From NCBI GenBank assembly GCA_013239625.1, contig MU053652.1, positions 6,935,902 through 6,999,901 on the forward strand: 64,000 nucleotides of DNA, in the 5' to 3' direction. Under the pieces are notes generated by a model. The model made no database searches, had not been told where the DNA came from, and was given only the letters and a program-made list of their open reading frames with translations. This document shows positions 27,261 through 40,160 of the stretch, in pieces; positions within the stretch are counted from its first letter, which is position 1, and the number at the start of each line of letters is the position of its first letter. The position numbers and the translations under genes are program-made. Origin of the DNA: Lama guanicoe (lineage: Eukaryota).

Positions 27261-27685
27261 TGTGAATACAGATCCATACATCCTACGGTCAACAAACAAA
27301 TTAATCAACAGTCAATCTAAGAAAGAAATAGAAATTTCTCTTTGTGCCAACCTGAGTATTATAACCAGGAGACAGTCTTTTAGAAAGCTCTGAGGACTGT
27401 TCCGCTAGTTAGAGGTCAAAGCACAGTTACATATGGTTTTGAGTACAAAGCATTAAACATCAAACGGCATATTGACAGTCTACACAGTTCAGATCTGCAT
27501 GCACAGAGTGTGTAGTGGGTCACCATGACCCCTTACAAGATTAAGAGGCTACAGAGTTATTTCCTAAGGAGGTTAATGTAGATGCACAATATACATGAAA
27601 GGGCAGGGAAGAGGCCCAAACAGGCAGAGAAAAATTTTATGTTTAAATTTTCCTTGTCATATAATAAAATATGAATTATATTTCA
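27261..27685 (-). mobile_element. Solo ERV1-like LTR
   Basis: tgtgaataca...tatttca termini; agaaagctctgaggactgttccg is similar to the MER41-like LTR motif at ~47275-47295. No clean TSD. Confidence 0.65.
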
Positions 27686-28994
27686 TTACTACTCACACTA
27701 ACTCTGGTTTCTGGGCTTTAGTTAAGGCCAGAGATTCCTGAGAATCGTGTTCAGGTAAAAAAAGGTCAGCCTGATTCAATCAATACCTGCTATTATTGAA
27801 ATGATGAAACAAAAAAAAAGAATAAATTGTAGACATTGCAACTTCAGAATCCTATGCGGGGAACAGGATGACTGATATGGGCATTCAATAACCTATAGAC
27901 AAGCCTTTTCAGAGCACAAGAATCTAATAAAGAAATCAGCAAGATTGCCCACTTAGATTTGCAGAGTCAAGAGATAAACTTGTAAAAACTCACTAATTGG
28001 AAGGTTGTTGATAAAGTAAAAGAGAAGGTATATGAAGAGCAGTTACAAAATAATTTATAATTAATTCAAAGAAGGGAGGGTAATGAAATTGTGACCAGGG
28101 ATTTTGAGTCAGTTTCACTTATTAACTGAATTAACAGCATACCACATTCCCAAAGGAACCATAAGAAAGACCACACTAGAATTCATCTTTCATTCAAAGT
28201 TCAAGTCAATCTTAGACCCATAACCATTCAAATATATTTAAGTACCATAACAAAAAAGAGCTCAAGGTTATTTTAACTTAAATAATTGTGTTCCTAGTTA
28301 AATAAGAAAATACTATAATGAGAAAATAAAGAGTTCAGTATTGGGATATTCCTTAATATCCTCCAGGAAATAAAACATTCAATATCAACAGTAATCCCCC
28401 CCACCAAAAAAACAGTAATCTCAAATATGAATCAGCTCTTTACAGAGATGGGTCCTAAATTTGGAACTGTGCTTTATTTTTTTCTGAAAGTATAGCTCAA
28501 TCATTTATACTTAGTCATTGTTCTATCAAAATTTAAAGGAAACACCCACATCAAAAGTATTTCTTTTGTCCCTAGGAACTTATCAAATTAGGTGAAGGAC
28601 AGAAAAAGAATTCTACTCTGCCTAAAGGTTTTCTTTTTCAGTGGCACAAGGAACACTAAGAGGTTGAGGAAAAGAACAAGAGACAACAAAATTTCTTTCT
28701 TTCTGTGAATTAACTCTGTACCCAACACAATAAAAATGGCGAGTGAAGATCATAACACAAACTATAGAGTACAGAGACTTCCAATTCAATGATACTTGCT
28801 TTCTGTCTTCAACTACCAGGATATTTATTGACAGTGATTTGTGAGAAAGAAAGAGTGTTAGTTAGAACTTGGGATTGTAACTACTTATTAGGCATTATAT
28901 TTTGCGGCAATTTCTTTTTGACTACATGTTTCAAACTTATGCTAAACAGATAAGTATTGTAATCTTATTGTGTAAAAGGAGAGTATTTTAGTGT

Positions 28995-29125
28995 ATAATA
29001 TTTTTAAAAATATTTTCTCTTCAAATAATTTCAGATTTATCTAAGAGTTGCAAAGATAGTACAGAGAGTTTCAGTAATCCTTCTCTTATCCATCCCTAAA
29101 TGTTAATAGTTTATGTAACTATCCC
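28995..29125 (-). mobile_element. Old L1MC-like 3' end fragment
   Basis: aataatttcagatttatctaagagttgcaaagatagtacagagagtttc matches remembered L1MC 3' terminus. Confidence 0.6.
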
Positions 29126-29984
29126 TATATAAACAAGTCAATATACAGTAAAAAGGAGCTTATAAACGCTGGCACACTGAGTGTAAAAGCAGCAGCCTGC
29201 CTGGAGGCTTTAAAAAGGAGTCTTCTAAACTAAGGAACAGATTATACAAGTAAAACTTCATTAAGAGAAAGCATTTTGGGACCCTTTAAGGCTTTCTTTC
29301 AGTAGTGTCTAAAAAGTTATTTACAAACTAAAAACCACTTCCACATCTCATTTACCTAACTGGTGAGAGATAGATGATCTAAGCATTTAAAGCACAGCCT
29401 TGAGGTTTTGGGGGGTTCTTTTTGCACATGAACTACAGTCTAACTTTCCAAAAAGATAAGAGAATCACTAGCTGTCTGCTACCACCACACCAGCAGCAGT
29501 CACTAACCCCTCCCACTATAAAGAGTCTCAGAACTAGTAATAGAATTATTATAAACCATGATCCTCATGGCTGATTTAGTACACTTTTGTAAATCTAAAC
29601 TAGAAGCCCTGTAAATGTATATTATGTGTAAACAGGATATTATTATTTATTTAAAATGTCATTAAATCGCACTGTGGTAGTGTGAAAATAACTCATACTG
29701 CCTCACAGGAGGTCTTTTTTTATTTGTATGAAGCAAGCTGAGAGATAAATATTCTGTAGATTGCTTTAAAAACAGATGAAAATTCCATTTGCAGAGAAGG
29801 GTGACCATCACTACTATTTGGGCAATGTTAAAATCAGACTTGAAGCTGCTGCCAAGACCAGAATCTCTGTTGCAGATAAAAAAGCTGGTGATAAGATGTC
29901 CACTTTGAAAATAAGATGGAATTAATATTAATTTGAAAATATGAGAATCCATCCCAGTACTAGGAATGTGACTGCTGTGTTGCA

Positions 29985-31200
29985 TGGTAAGTCTGTATTC
30001 AGCTTTGTAACAAACTCTCACACTGTCTTCCTAATGGCTTATACTATTTTTCACCAGCAATTAGTATATCAGTATTTTTCTTTAATTTTAGCTTTTCTGA
30101 TAGGGGTATAGTAGAATCTCAGTGTTTAAAATTTGTAATTCCCTAATGACATGTGATATTCAGCATCTTTTCTACGCCTATGTGCTTGGTAAGGTGTCTC
30201 TTTTTGCACATTTTCTTATATTGGGTTGTTTGCTTTCTTGTTGTTGAGTATTAAGAGTTCTTTGCATATTCTGGATACAAATTTTTTTATCAGATATGTT
30301 TTATAAGTATTTTTCTCTCATCTGTGGTTTATCTTTTCAAACCTTTAACATTGTCATTTTCAGAGTAGAATGTTTTTAATTTTAATAAAACTCAACTTAA
30401 AATGTTTTTTCTCTCATGGATCACATGTACATATTCTAAGAACTTATCACTGAACCCAAGGTCACCTAAATTTTTTCCTGCATTTTCTTCTAGAAATTTT
30501 GTAGTTTTAAATTTTACATTTAGGTTTATGATCTATTTTGAGCTAATTTTTATAGAATAGGTAAGTTCTTTGTCTAGGTTCATTTTTTGCATATGGATTC
30601 TCAATTGGTCCAGCACCATTTATTGGAGATTCAGTTTTTCTCCACTGAATTACCTTTGCACCTTTGTCAAAGATCAGTTGACTATAGATATATTTCTGGA
30701 TACAGTTCTGTTCTATTAATCTATGTGTTTAATCTTTTATCAAAAACCATGATGTTTTATTTTGTCCTGAAATTGAGTAGTGTGAGTCCTCCAACTTTCT
30801 TCTTCAGTATCGGGTTGCCTTTCCATATAAAATATCCATTTGTTGATATCTGATAAATAACTTCCTAGTACTTTGATTGGGATTGCAATGAATTCATAGA
30901 GCAAGTTAGGAAGAACTGACATCTTAACAACATTAAGTCTTCCAATCCATGAACACAGACTCTCTCTTATTTAAAGATCTTCTATGATTTTATTGATCAG
31001 AATTTTTTTAGTTTTTGCCATACAGATAATACTCATATTTTCTTCGATTTATATTTAAGTATTTCCTTTCTTGTGCTAATATAAACGGTATTTTTCTTAA
31101 CTTCAAATTCCTATTTTCCATTGCTGGTAAACAGGAAAGCAATTGACTTTTGAATGTTAACCTTGTATCCTGTAACCTGGTTGCTTATTAGTCTAAGGAT
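29985..31200 (-). mobile_element. Old L1 ORF2 3' fragment (L1M-type)
   Basis: Degenerate antisense L1 ORF2 motifs: ttgtttgctttcttgttgttgag, cagcaccatttattg, ttgattgggattgcaatgaattcataga, tcttccaatccatgaacac. Confidence 0.85.
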
Positions 31201-31684
31201 TTAGATTGTTCTATAAAAGCTTAAGTAGATCTATGATTATTTCAAAAAATGTAACTATTTATTTATTAAAAGATCTGTTAACAAAATACATTGATCAATG
31301 TCTAAACCCTTGTATTGATGAAATATATCTGTGTAAATAAAGGAAGTAGGTAATAGGAAAGTTGGACTACATACATGCCTGGTCCATAGCAGGAAATCAA
31401 TAATTTAGTTATTATTAATATTTTGAATTATTAACAAAAAGGTAAGAAATGACACCAAAATCATTCTCATTATCTATAAACGAAAAAGTTGGTAAGTAGG
31501 GCTTTATTAAGATTTAAAACTTCTATTCTGGAAATGATGCTATAAAAGAATGAAAAACAAGCCACACCCTGGGAAAAGGTAATTTCAAAACATACATCTG
31601 ATAAAGGACTTCTATCCAAAATATGCAGAGAACTTCTAACACTCAACAATAAGAAAACAAACAACCCAATTTAAAAATAGACAA

Positions 31685-34684
31685 ATGATCTGTATAGACA
31701 GCTCAACAAAAAAGATATATAGAAGCACAACCACTCAAAACCTATGGGACACAGCAAAGGCAGTGCTAAGAGGGAAGTTTATAGCGATAAAGGCCTTCCT
31801 CAAAAAAGAAGAACAATCTCAAATAAACAAGCTAACCCACCACCTGAATCAATTAGAAAAAGAAGAACAAAAAGCCCCAAAAAGCAGCAGACGGAAGGAA
31901 ATAATAAAGATCAGAGAGGAATTAAATACAATAGAGATTAACAAGACCATAGAAAAAATCAACCAAACCAAAAGCTGGTTTTTTGAAAAAGTAAATAAAA
32001 TCGACAAACCTCTGGCCAAACTCACAAAGAAGAAAAAAGAGAGAGCACAAATTAGCAAAATAAGAAAGGAAAATGGAGAAATTACAACAAACAAAATAGA
32101 AATACAGAATATCATACGAGAATATTATGAAAAACTATATGGAACCAAACTGGATAACCTAGAGGAGATGGACAAGTTTCTGGAAACATACTGTCCACCA
32201 AAACTGAATCAAGAAGAAACTGAACACTTGAACAATCCGATCACTAGAAAGGAAATAGAAATAGCAATTAAAAACCTCCCTACAAATAAAAGTCCAGGAC
32301 CGGACGGCTTCACCGGGGAATTCTACCAAACATACAAAGAAGAACTCATACCAGTCCTTCTCAAACTCTTCCAGACGATTGAAAAGGAGGGAATACTCCC
32401 AAACTCATTCTATGAAGCCACCATCACCCTGATACCAAAACCAGGCAAAGACACTACAAAAAAAGAGAATTATAGGCCAATATCACTGATGAACATAGAC
32501 GCCAAAATCCTCACCAAAATTTTAGCAAATAGAATCCAACAACACATAAAAAAGATTATACATCATGACCAAGTGGGGTTCATCCCAGGGACACAAGGCT
32601 GGTTCAACATACGCAAATCAATCAATGTAATACATCACATCAACAAGAGAAAGGACAAAAACCACATGATCATCTCAATCGATGCAGAAAAAGCATTTGA
32701 TAAAATTCAACACCCATTTATGATAAAAACTCTCGCCAAAGTGGGTATAGAGGGAACATATCTCAACATAATAAAAGCTATATATGACAAACCTATAGCC
32801 AGCATAGTTCTCAACGGTGAAAAACTCAAAAGCTTCCCACTAAAATCTGGGACAAGACAAGGATGCCCACTATCACCACTCCTATTCAATATAGTCCTGG
32901 AAGTCCTAGCCACAGCAATCAGGCAAGAGAAAGAAATAAAAGGGATCCAAATTGGAAAAGAAGAGGTAAAAGTGTCATTATATGCTGACGACATGTTACT
33001 ATATATAGAAAACCCTAAAAGGTCCACAAAAAAGCTACTAGAGCTGATCGAAGAATTCAGCAAGGTAGCAGGTTACAAAATTAATGTTCAAAAATCAGTT
33101 GCCTTTCTTTACACTAACGATAAATCAACAGAAAAAGAAAGTAAAGAAACAATCCCCTTTAAAATAGCACCCAAAGTAATAAAATATCTGGGAATAAATC
33201 TAACCAAGGAGGTGAAAGAATTATACACAGAAAACTATAAACCATTGATGAAGGAAATTAAAGAAGACTTTAAAAAATGGAAAGATATTCCATGCTCTTG
33301 GATTGGAAGAATCAATATTGTTAAAATGGTCACACTGCCCAAGGCAATCTACAGATTTAATGCAATCCCTATCCAATTACCCAGGACATATTTCACAGAA
33401 CTAGAACAAATCATAATAAAATTTATATGGAACCATCAAAGACCTAGAATTGCTAAAGCATTACTGAAGAGAAAGAAAGAGGCTGGAGGAATAACTCTCC
33501 CAGACTTCAGACAATACTATAGAGCTACAGTCATCAAGACAGCATGGTATTGGTACCAAAACAGACATATAGACCAATGGAACAGAATAGAGAGCCCAGA
33601 AATGAACCCACAAACTTTTGGTCAACTCATCTTCGACAAAGGAGGCAAGAATATACAATGGAATAAAGACAGTCTCTTCAGCAAATGGTGTTGGGAAAAC
33701 TGGACAGCAGCATGTAAAACAATGAAGCTAGAACACACCCTTACACCATATACAAAAATCAACTCAAAATGGATTAAAGACTTAAACATAAGACAAGATA
33801 CAATAAACCTCCTAGAGGAAAACATAGGCAAAACATTATCTGACATACATTTCAAAAATTTTCTCCTAGAAGAAATAAAAGCAAGAATAAACAAATGGGA
33901 CCTAATGAAACTTACAAGCTTCTGCAGAGCAAAGGAAACCAGAAATAAAACAAGAAGAAAACCTACGGAATGGGAGAAAATTTTTGCAAGTGAAACCGAC
34001 AAAGGCTTGATCTCCAAAATATATAAGCAGCTCATACGACTCAATAAGAAAAAAATAAACAACCCAATCCAAAAATGGGCAGAAGACCTAAACAAGCAAT
34101 TCTCCAAGGAAGACATACAAATGATCAAAAAGCACATGAAAAAATGTTCAATATCACTAATTATCAGAGAAATGCAAATCAAAACTACAATGAGGTATCA
34201 CCTCACACCAGTCAGAATGGCCGTCATTCAAAAATCCAAAAATGACAAATGCTGGAGAGGCTGTGGAGAAAGGGGAACCCTCCTACACTGCTGGTGGGAA
34301 TGCAGTTTGGTGCAGCCACTATGGAAAACAGTGTGGAGATTCCTCAGAAGACTAGGAATAGACTTACCATATGACCCAGGAATCCCACTCCTGGGCTTGT
34401 ATCCAGAAGGAAATCTACTTCAGGATGACACCTGCACTCCAATGTTCATAGCAGCACTATTTACAATAGCCAAAACATGGAAACAGCCTAAATGTCCATC
34501 AACAGGTGACTGGATAAAGAAGAGGTGGTATATTTATACAATGGAATACTACTCAGCCATAAAAACCGACAACATAACGTCATTTGCAGCAACATGGATG
34601 CTCCTAGAGAATGTCATTCTAAGTGAAGTAAGTCAGAAAGAGAAAGAAAAATACCACATGAGATCGCTCATATGTGGAATCTAA
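31685..34684 (+). CDS. L1 ORF2p, N-terminally truncated (no endonuclease domain). RT and C-terminal CCHC intact; first 13 aa derive from the host old L1
   Basis: 999-aa ORF with QNLWD, PIP-box-like [45 protein letters not shown] catalytic motif and [18 protein letters not shown]. Expression is not shown. Confidence 0.75.
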   Translation: MICIDSSTKKIYRSTTTQNLWDTAKAVLRGKFIAIKAFLKKEEQSQINKLTHHLNQLEKEEQKAPKSSRRKEIIKIREELNTIEINKTIEKINQTKSWFFEKVNKIDKPLAKLTKKKKERAQISKIRKENGEITTNKIEIQNIIREYYEKLYGTKLDNLEEMDKFLETYCPPKLNQEETEHLNNPITRKEIEIAIKNLPTNKSPGPDGFTGEFYQTYKEELIPVLLKLFQTIEKEGILPNSFYEATITLIPKPGKDTTKKENYRPISLMNIDAKILTKILANRIQQHIKKIIHHDQVGFIPGTQGWFNIRKSINVIHHINKRKDKNHMIISIDAEKAFDKIQHPFMIKTLAKVGIEGTYLNIIKAIYDKPIASIVLNGEKLKSFPLKSGTRQGCPLSPLLFNIVLEVLATAIRQEKEIKGIQIGKEEVKVSLYADDMLLYIENPKRSTKKLLELIEEFSKVAGYKINVQKSVAFLYTNDKSTEKESKETIPFKIAPKVIKYLGINLTKEVKELYTENYKPLMKEIKEDFKKWKDIPCSWIGRINIVKMVTLPKAIYRFNAIPIQLPRTYFTELEQIIIKFIWNHQRPRIAKALLKRKKEAGGITLPDFRQYYRATVIKTAWYWYQNRHIDQWNRIESPEMNPQTFGQLIFDKGGKNIQWNKDSLFSKWCWENWTAACKTMKLEHTLTPYTKINSKWIKDLNIRQDTINLLEENIGKTLSDIHFKNFLLEEIKARINKWDLMKLTSFCRAKETRNKTRRKPTEWEKIFASETDKGLISKIYKQLIRLNKKKINNPIQKWAEDLNKQFSKEDIQMIKKHMKKCSISLIIREMQIKTTMRYHLTPVRMAVIQKSKNDKCWRGCGERGTLLHCWWECSLVQPLWKTVWRFLRRLGIDLPYDPGIPLLGLYPEGNLLQDDTCTPMFIAALFTIAKTWKQPKCPSTGDWIKKRWYIYTMEYYSAIKTDNITSFAATWMLLENVILSEVSQKEKEKYHMRSLICGI

Positions 34685-34951
34685 AGACTCATGGACAGAG
34701 AATACAGACTTGTGGTTACCAGGGGGGTAGAGGGTGGGAAGGGATAGACTGGGATTTCAAAATTGTAGAATAGATAAACAAGATTACACTGTATAGCACA
34801 GGGAAATATACACAAAATGTTATGATAAATCACAGAGAAAAAAATGTGACAATGAGTGTGTATATGTCCATGAATGACTGAAAAATTGTGCTGAACACTG
34901 GAATTTGACACAACATTGTAGAATGATTATAAATCAATAAAAAACGTTAAA
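31724..34951 (+). mobile_element. Young 5'-truncated LINE-1 (partial ORF2 + 3'UTR + short A tail) with 16-bp TSD
   Basis: TSD aaaaaagatatataga at 31708-31723 and 34952-34967. Uninterrupted ORF2 to the stop at 34684. 3'UTR ends ...aatcaataaaaaacgttaaaa. Confidence 0.97.
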
Positions 34952-36989
34952 AAAAAAGATATATAGATGGCAAATAAGCATATTAAAAGATGCTCAATAT
35001 CATGTCATTGCAAATTAAAACAATGAGACACCCCTATGCACCTAATAAAATAGCTAAAATCCAAAACACTGACAAAACCAGATGCTGGTGGGGGTGTGGA
35101 GCAACAAGAATGCTCATCTACTGAAGAAAGCAATACATAATGATACAGCCGTTTTGGAAGACAGTTTGTGGTTTCCTACAAAGCTAAACATACCCATATT
35201 TGTATTATACAGTACGGCAAACAAATCGTCCACAGCTTGGCGCATGTCCTTTCACGTCCTCTAGTTGTAGTGATGGATCCTTCTCCCTTCATTCCTTCCC
35301 TTTAATCTTAAACTAAACTCATAGGCGGCAGTAAACAGTTCAGTAACTGGTACATGCCTGATGATTCATGCCTCTAAACTAGACAGAAACTTGAACTCAA
35401 GCACTGCTCCTTACAGCTCTTAATTTGATGTCAAGTGGAAGTTTCACTCAGTTAGCTAGCATCTTGGAAAATACTCTAATTTTCTGAAAGTGATTTTCCT
35501 CTTTTTTAGCTCCTGATATGTTATTTGACAAATTGCTGCCACAATAACCAAACGATTTTATAATCTTTACAGATAAGTATTTTGAAAAGCTAACGGCACG
35601 TATTCCTCTCCCACACAGAACTAGACTAGGTTGCCCACTTCTACTATCACTTAAGACTTTTCTTGCCTTTGTTAGATGATTTTGAACAAATAAAGACTAA
35701 AAACCCATGAAGTTCTTAAAATAGTCCCTTTTACTCATATGTTTGCATTCCACAATGCATTTTTCTGGCAGAATTCCCCAATTTGGTTCTCTCTGGCCAT
35801 ACAAATGAGAGCATTTCCTTACAATAATTATTGGATTCCAGAGAAATGCCCAATGGGATGGTGTGCTGTCCAATCCAAAGAGGATCCTGGCTTATGCCAA
35901 GGCCTGAGGCTATTTAAGAGCAAATGTCTTGTAATACAATTGGTGGTCCATAAAATTGAGTAAGATCAACTCAAATAATGTGATTCTGAATATAAAATGA
36001 CACTGTGCAATTAAAGGTCAAGTTCTATCTCTAGAGTTCTTTTTTCTAAAGCTCAAAAGGGAAAACAGAATTTTAATTTCAGAACAATTTTTCCAAGATA
36101 GATGACTCAAGAGTTGAATTTTGCATTTTATCCTTCAGCTTTAATATAAGATTTGGTTGTCTTTTATTAAAATCATTGAATAGATGTTGTATTCTGAGCA
36201 TGTCTGTGAGTGAGTGCATGAGTGAAAAATACTCTCCTCTAACGTGAGGAAACTAATTTTTTCAGTTACTCTAACTTTTCTCGCTTCCTAGCTCTGAAGG
36301 TTTAAACTTTCTGTTGCCAAGGTTACCTTTCATTGGCTTTTGGTGCTATTTGATTCCCTTTTTCACAAGTATCTTGATGGCTTCTAATACTTCTCATCCA
36401 TGTATATCTTATTTGTCAGAGCTTATTCTATGTTCTTTCTCTCAATAAAGGATCTTCTTTCCAGCATGCCTCCAAAGTGAAGCAATTAATTTACATGAAT
36501 CACCATCACTTTTAATTCCTCCTACACACACTGAGGTACTTGAGGATGCTGCTATAGACAATATGATTTGTCTGAGAGTAGCTTAAAACTTCACACGAAC
36601 TGTACCTCAAAGTATTATGGTTGAGACTAGCCAAAGCTGGCTTTAGTTAGAGCAGGCTCTCACTGTGACGCTTTCAGGAGCTAAAGAAATGACTCTTTGC
36701 CCCCAGATATTTCTTCTATCAGTATAATACTTCTGCCATGGATAGTTTATTTATCAGACTTGAGACATACCACTGTCCAAATTCCTGTTACAATATATTC
36801 AGTCTTTTTGATAAAGCATTTATATATGAAATGGCTTTATATTTGAAATCACTTCTTCATCCTCTCACAGTTTGATCAATTATATTCACCACCTGAAAGG
36901 TTAATATCTTCCCAGCTCCTTAGTCAACCTAACAGAATCAGAAAAAATTTTTTAGCAAATTTAAGTACCTAAATCATCTTTAAAATATG

Positions 36990-37235
36990 GCTCAGTGCTC
37001 AAAACCTAAGCTCTGAGGTTGGAATGCTTGGGATTCAAAGCTCTCGTTGCACACACCAGCTATAAGACAATAGGCAGGCTATTCAGTCTCTCTGTGTCTG
37101 TTTCCTTTTCTGAAAACTAGGAAGGAAGTAACATACATGTTTCATAGGCTTTTGCTGAGAAGTAAATAAGTTGATAAATAAAAAGTGCTTAGAATAATGC
37201 CTAATACAAAATAAACACTCATTTAATTATTATTG
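36990..37235 (+). mobile_element. MIR SINE
   Basis: tctctctgtgtctgtttccttttctgaaaa...aaagtgcttagaataatgcctaatac. Confidence 0.7.
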
Positions 37236-37757
37236 TCTGCTCAAATAGTCAATACTAATAAGCTATCATGTTTCTCTTTCAAGTTCTTAGTATGAACCTA
37301 AGCCCACCGCGTAGTAAATATCTTGCATTAGTTTTCTCCAGTTCACTCACAGTAACTCCGTGACTCTCCCTCTGTTTTTAGGTTACTCCATAGAATAAGA
37401 ATGCTACCTTTCTCTGTGCTTTGTATTTTATTCAATTATTTCCCTACTAACTCACTCAACACCCTGAAAGGCCAAAGCCCTGAGGACTGGTCACTTGAAC
37501 GAATCCTCATGGTCTTCCTAATTTAGAAAGACTGCCCTCCTTCAGAGAGCTTAGCACTAGCCTGTTGTCTGCCCAGTCAGTTTGCAGCCTAGTAAATTCT
37601 TATAAACAACTCCCCACCCTGATTTTGGATTATTTTGCTAACGTCTCAAATCTTACCTGCTTTCTTCTAAGAACCCTTATTTCCTAAATTAGTAGTGCAA
37701 GGGATACAGTGATAATCCTTAACTATCACATGTACTTATATTGAGATACTTAAAAAG

Positions 37758-38775
37758 TTATGATTTAAGCAGCAAATAACAGAAAATTCATGTCAAATTT
37801 CTTAACTAAATCAGAATATGTTCCCTCATATACAAGAGATGTCAATTACAGCATTTCCAGGTTTGGCTAATTCAGCTGACTGACAGTATCAAGGACCCAG
37901 GTTCCTTCTCTCTTTTCATGCTGTCACCCTCACTGTGCTTGTTATATATTAGCAGCATTTCGAGAGAAGACATCTGATGGGAGAAAATGCACTTTCGTTA
38001 CATGTGTGATTCCCTTCCCAGAGTGCACAGCAAATATTGCCCCGTATCTTACTGGCCATAATCAAGCCACTCCTGAACCATGCTTATTCTTAAACCAGTC
38101 TGGAGAACGGAAAAAATTCAGTTCGACGAAACAGGGTTTACTCTGAATATGGAGCAGTGAGGTGAAAGTTTGAACAAAATCTGTGCTTCGATGGTTTTCC
38201 AGTTATTATTGAAACGTAACAGGTAATATCAAATTTTACATGTTTTAAAAAAACAAATTTGGTGCTTTTTTTAACTTCTTACACTTACTATAGGGTCAGG
38301 AACTTGGCATCTGCTGGACACTTCTGACTCAGAATATATCATGTGATGATAGTCAGACAGGGGTTGCAACTGGGACAGCAAATGACTAAATTCCCTGGAA
38401 GCTGAACAAGCATCTCTCTTTCTCCTTCTCTCTCCTTATAATTTTAGGGCCTTTCCTTGTGGTTTCTCTACATGGGCTAATTTGGGCTTCCTCAAAGCAT
38501 GGCCAGCTTAGGCCGCTACACTTCTCTCATCAACGCTTAAGTCTCCAAAGGTGAGTGCCTCAGGTAAAAAAGACGATACTGCACCCTTTTAAGGCCAACC
38601 ATTAAATTAACACGGCATAGTTTTTGCACACTCCCCTGGATACATGTAAGTTACAGGTCTGCTCAGAATTAGGAGGGGGAATAACTTCCACCTCTTGATA
38701 TGGCTGTGACAGGGTTCTAGAAAATCACACGGATGAGATACTGTGTAGCCATCTTTGTAAAATGCTATCTGCTAC
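37758..38775 (-). mobile_element. Two adjacent old MaLR LTRs (MLT1J/K-like ~37758-38190; MLT1G/H-like ~38200-38775)
   Basis: caagcaaataacagaaaa-like start and atcaaggacccaggttccttc; then tctacatgggctaatttgggcttcctcaaagcatggc and cacctcttgat...gtagccatctttgtaaaatg. Confidence 0.65.
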
Positions 38776-39359
38776 AGACAAAACAGAATAAAGAGAAATC
38801 CCTGTTGGGTCTTCTGCCAGAAAAGTTATTTTGCTTATCCTATGTGAATGGAAGGTATGGTAGATTAGTTTGGGCAAAAATTCAGGATCCATTTATAGAA
38901 AGGGTCCCCAGGGCCAGCCACAAGCTCCTAGGTTGAAAGATATTATGCATATTTGTTGATGGAGGGAGAAAAGGGGAAGTAACAGAGAGAGAAGAGGAAG
39001 GTTTTAGAAATGACAATAGAAGCAACAATGATGCCAAGGAACTAATTTCTTTTTTCCATAGTGTTGCTAGCATTAGCCCTTTATGAGCCACTATCAGTGC
39101 TTGGCAAATGTTTATGACCATGCTTCTGGAATGCCACAGAGACAACTGGCCTCTTTCTATGGTCTGTGCTCAAGTGCTCTGTCTGTTAGAGCTGCTTTCC
39201 AGCATTTACAGCTACAGAACACTGCCTGAAGCTGTGTTGTTGTGTGCCTTTAGAGAGTTTCTTCTTGATGCTCTGATAATGGGACTCTCAGGTCTGCCTG
39301 CCATTTTAAAAACGAGTTAATACAGTTAAAAATCAGATGTGGCTTGATAAGTGAACGGA

Positions 39360-40160
39360 AGGAGCTTGTGGTCATATTGTAAAGGACTCATATATCACCC
39401 TTTTCTGTTCAAGATTTAAAACAAGTGTTCAAGAAGGGAAGGCCAAGCTTACGTCTGTAGAAAGGATGACTCAGAGAGTAAGAGACACCCAGGAGGGCTC
39501 AGTTCAGTAACCTGAAATAACTGAGACAACTGGGAAAGGCAATCTGAACGGACAGAGCCATGGAGGAGAGAGAGCTTTCACAGTTACGTGGTAAGATTCC
39601 ACGAGTGGCCTGATAGCTAAATACTATGGACTGAAGGAAGGCATGTCAGGATACGTGAGTTTCAAGTTTGGATACTTCCATTAATAATAACTTCACTGAT
39701 TCCATTTAAAGAAATAATAAACACATAAGGCTTTAGAGATTAATTTAATTGGCTTTTTAAATTGGCGTTAGTCAAATCTGTAGTAGCAGATAATATCGCA
39801 CAGAAAATTGTGTCCAATGGGTTCAGAGTCAAAGGAGGAACCATGGACTTTACCAACAGTTAGGGTTAGAGCGGGAGGAAAGGCAGAAAGAGAATAATTA
39901 GTGAGCTGAAGTGAGGAAATAGAAATAACGCAGAAATAGTGAAGAAGAATACTGTGGTGGAAAAAAGCGTGATAAATATGACTTATCTACCGAGTAGCCA
40001 AAATAAGTACAATGCAGTCACTGGACTGGATGATTACAACTGTATTTTCTATCTTATTAAAATAAAAAAATCAGATCACAGTGAGTTTAGTAGCAAATTG
40101 GACATGAAAGAACTAGTAATTTTTATAGCCTCTTTAGTGAAGTTTGTTTGCAGAGGGAGA
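39360..40160 (-). mobile_element. L2 LINE fragment
   Basis: Degenerate purine-rich L2-like motifs (tgtagaaaggatgactc, gtttcaagtttggatact, gaggaaccatggactttaccaaca). Confidence 0.45.

Larger units (their letters stand above)
31480..35197 (+). mobile_element. Old L1 (L1MB/MC-like) ORF2 3' fragment, host of the young L1 (31480-31723 and 34952-35197)
   Basis: Removing the young L1 and one TSD restores degenerate L1 ORF2: ...aatgatctgtatagacagctcaacaaaaaagatatatagatggcaaataagcatattaaaagatgctcaatatc... Confidence 0.85.

Noticed and set aside
31724..34951. The L1 as an autonomous active element, or as the cause of the POLR2A insertion
   Set aside because: It lacks the 5'UTR, ORF1 and endonuclease; RT acts in trans, so proximity implies nothing.
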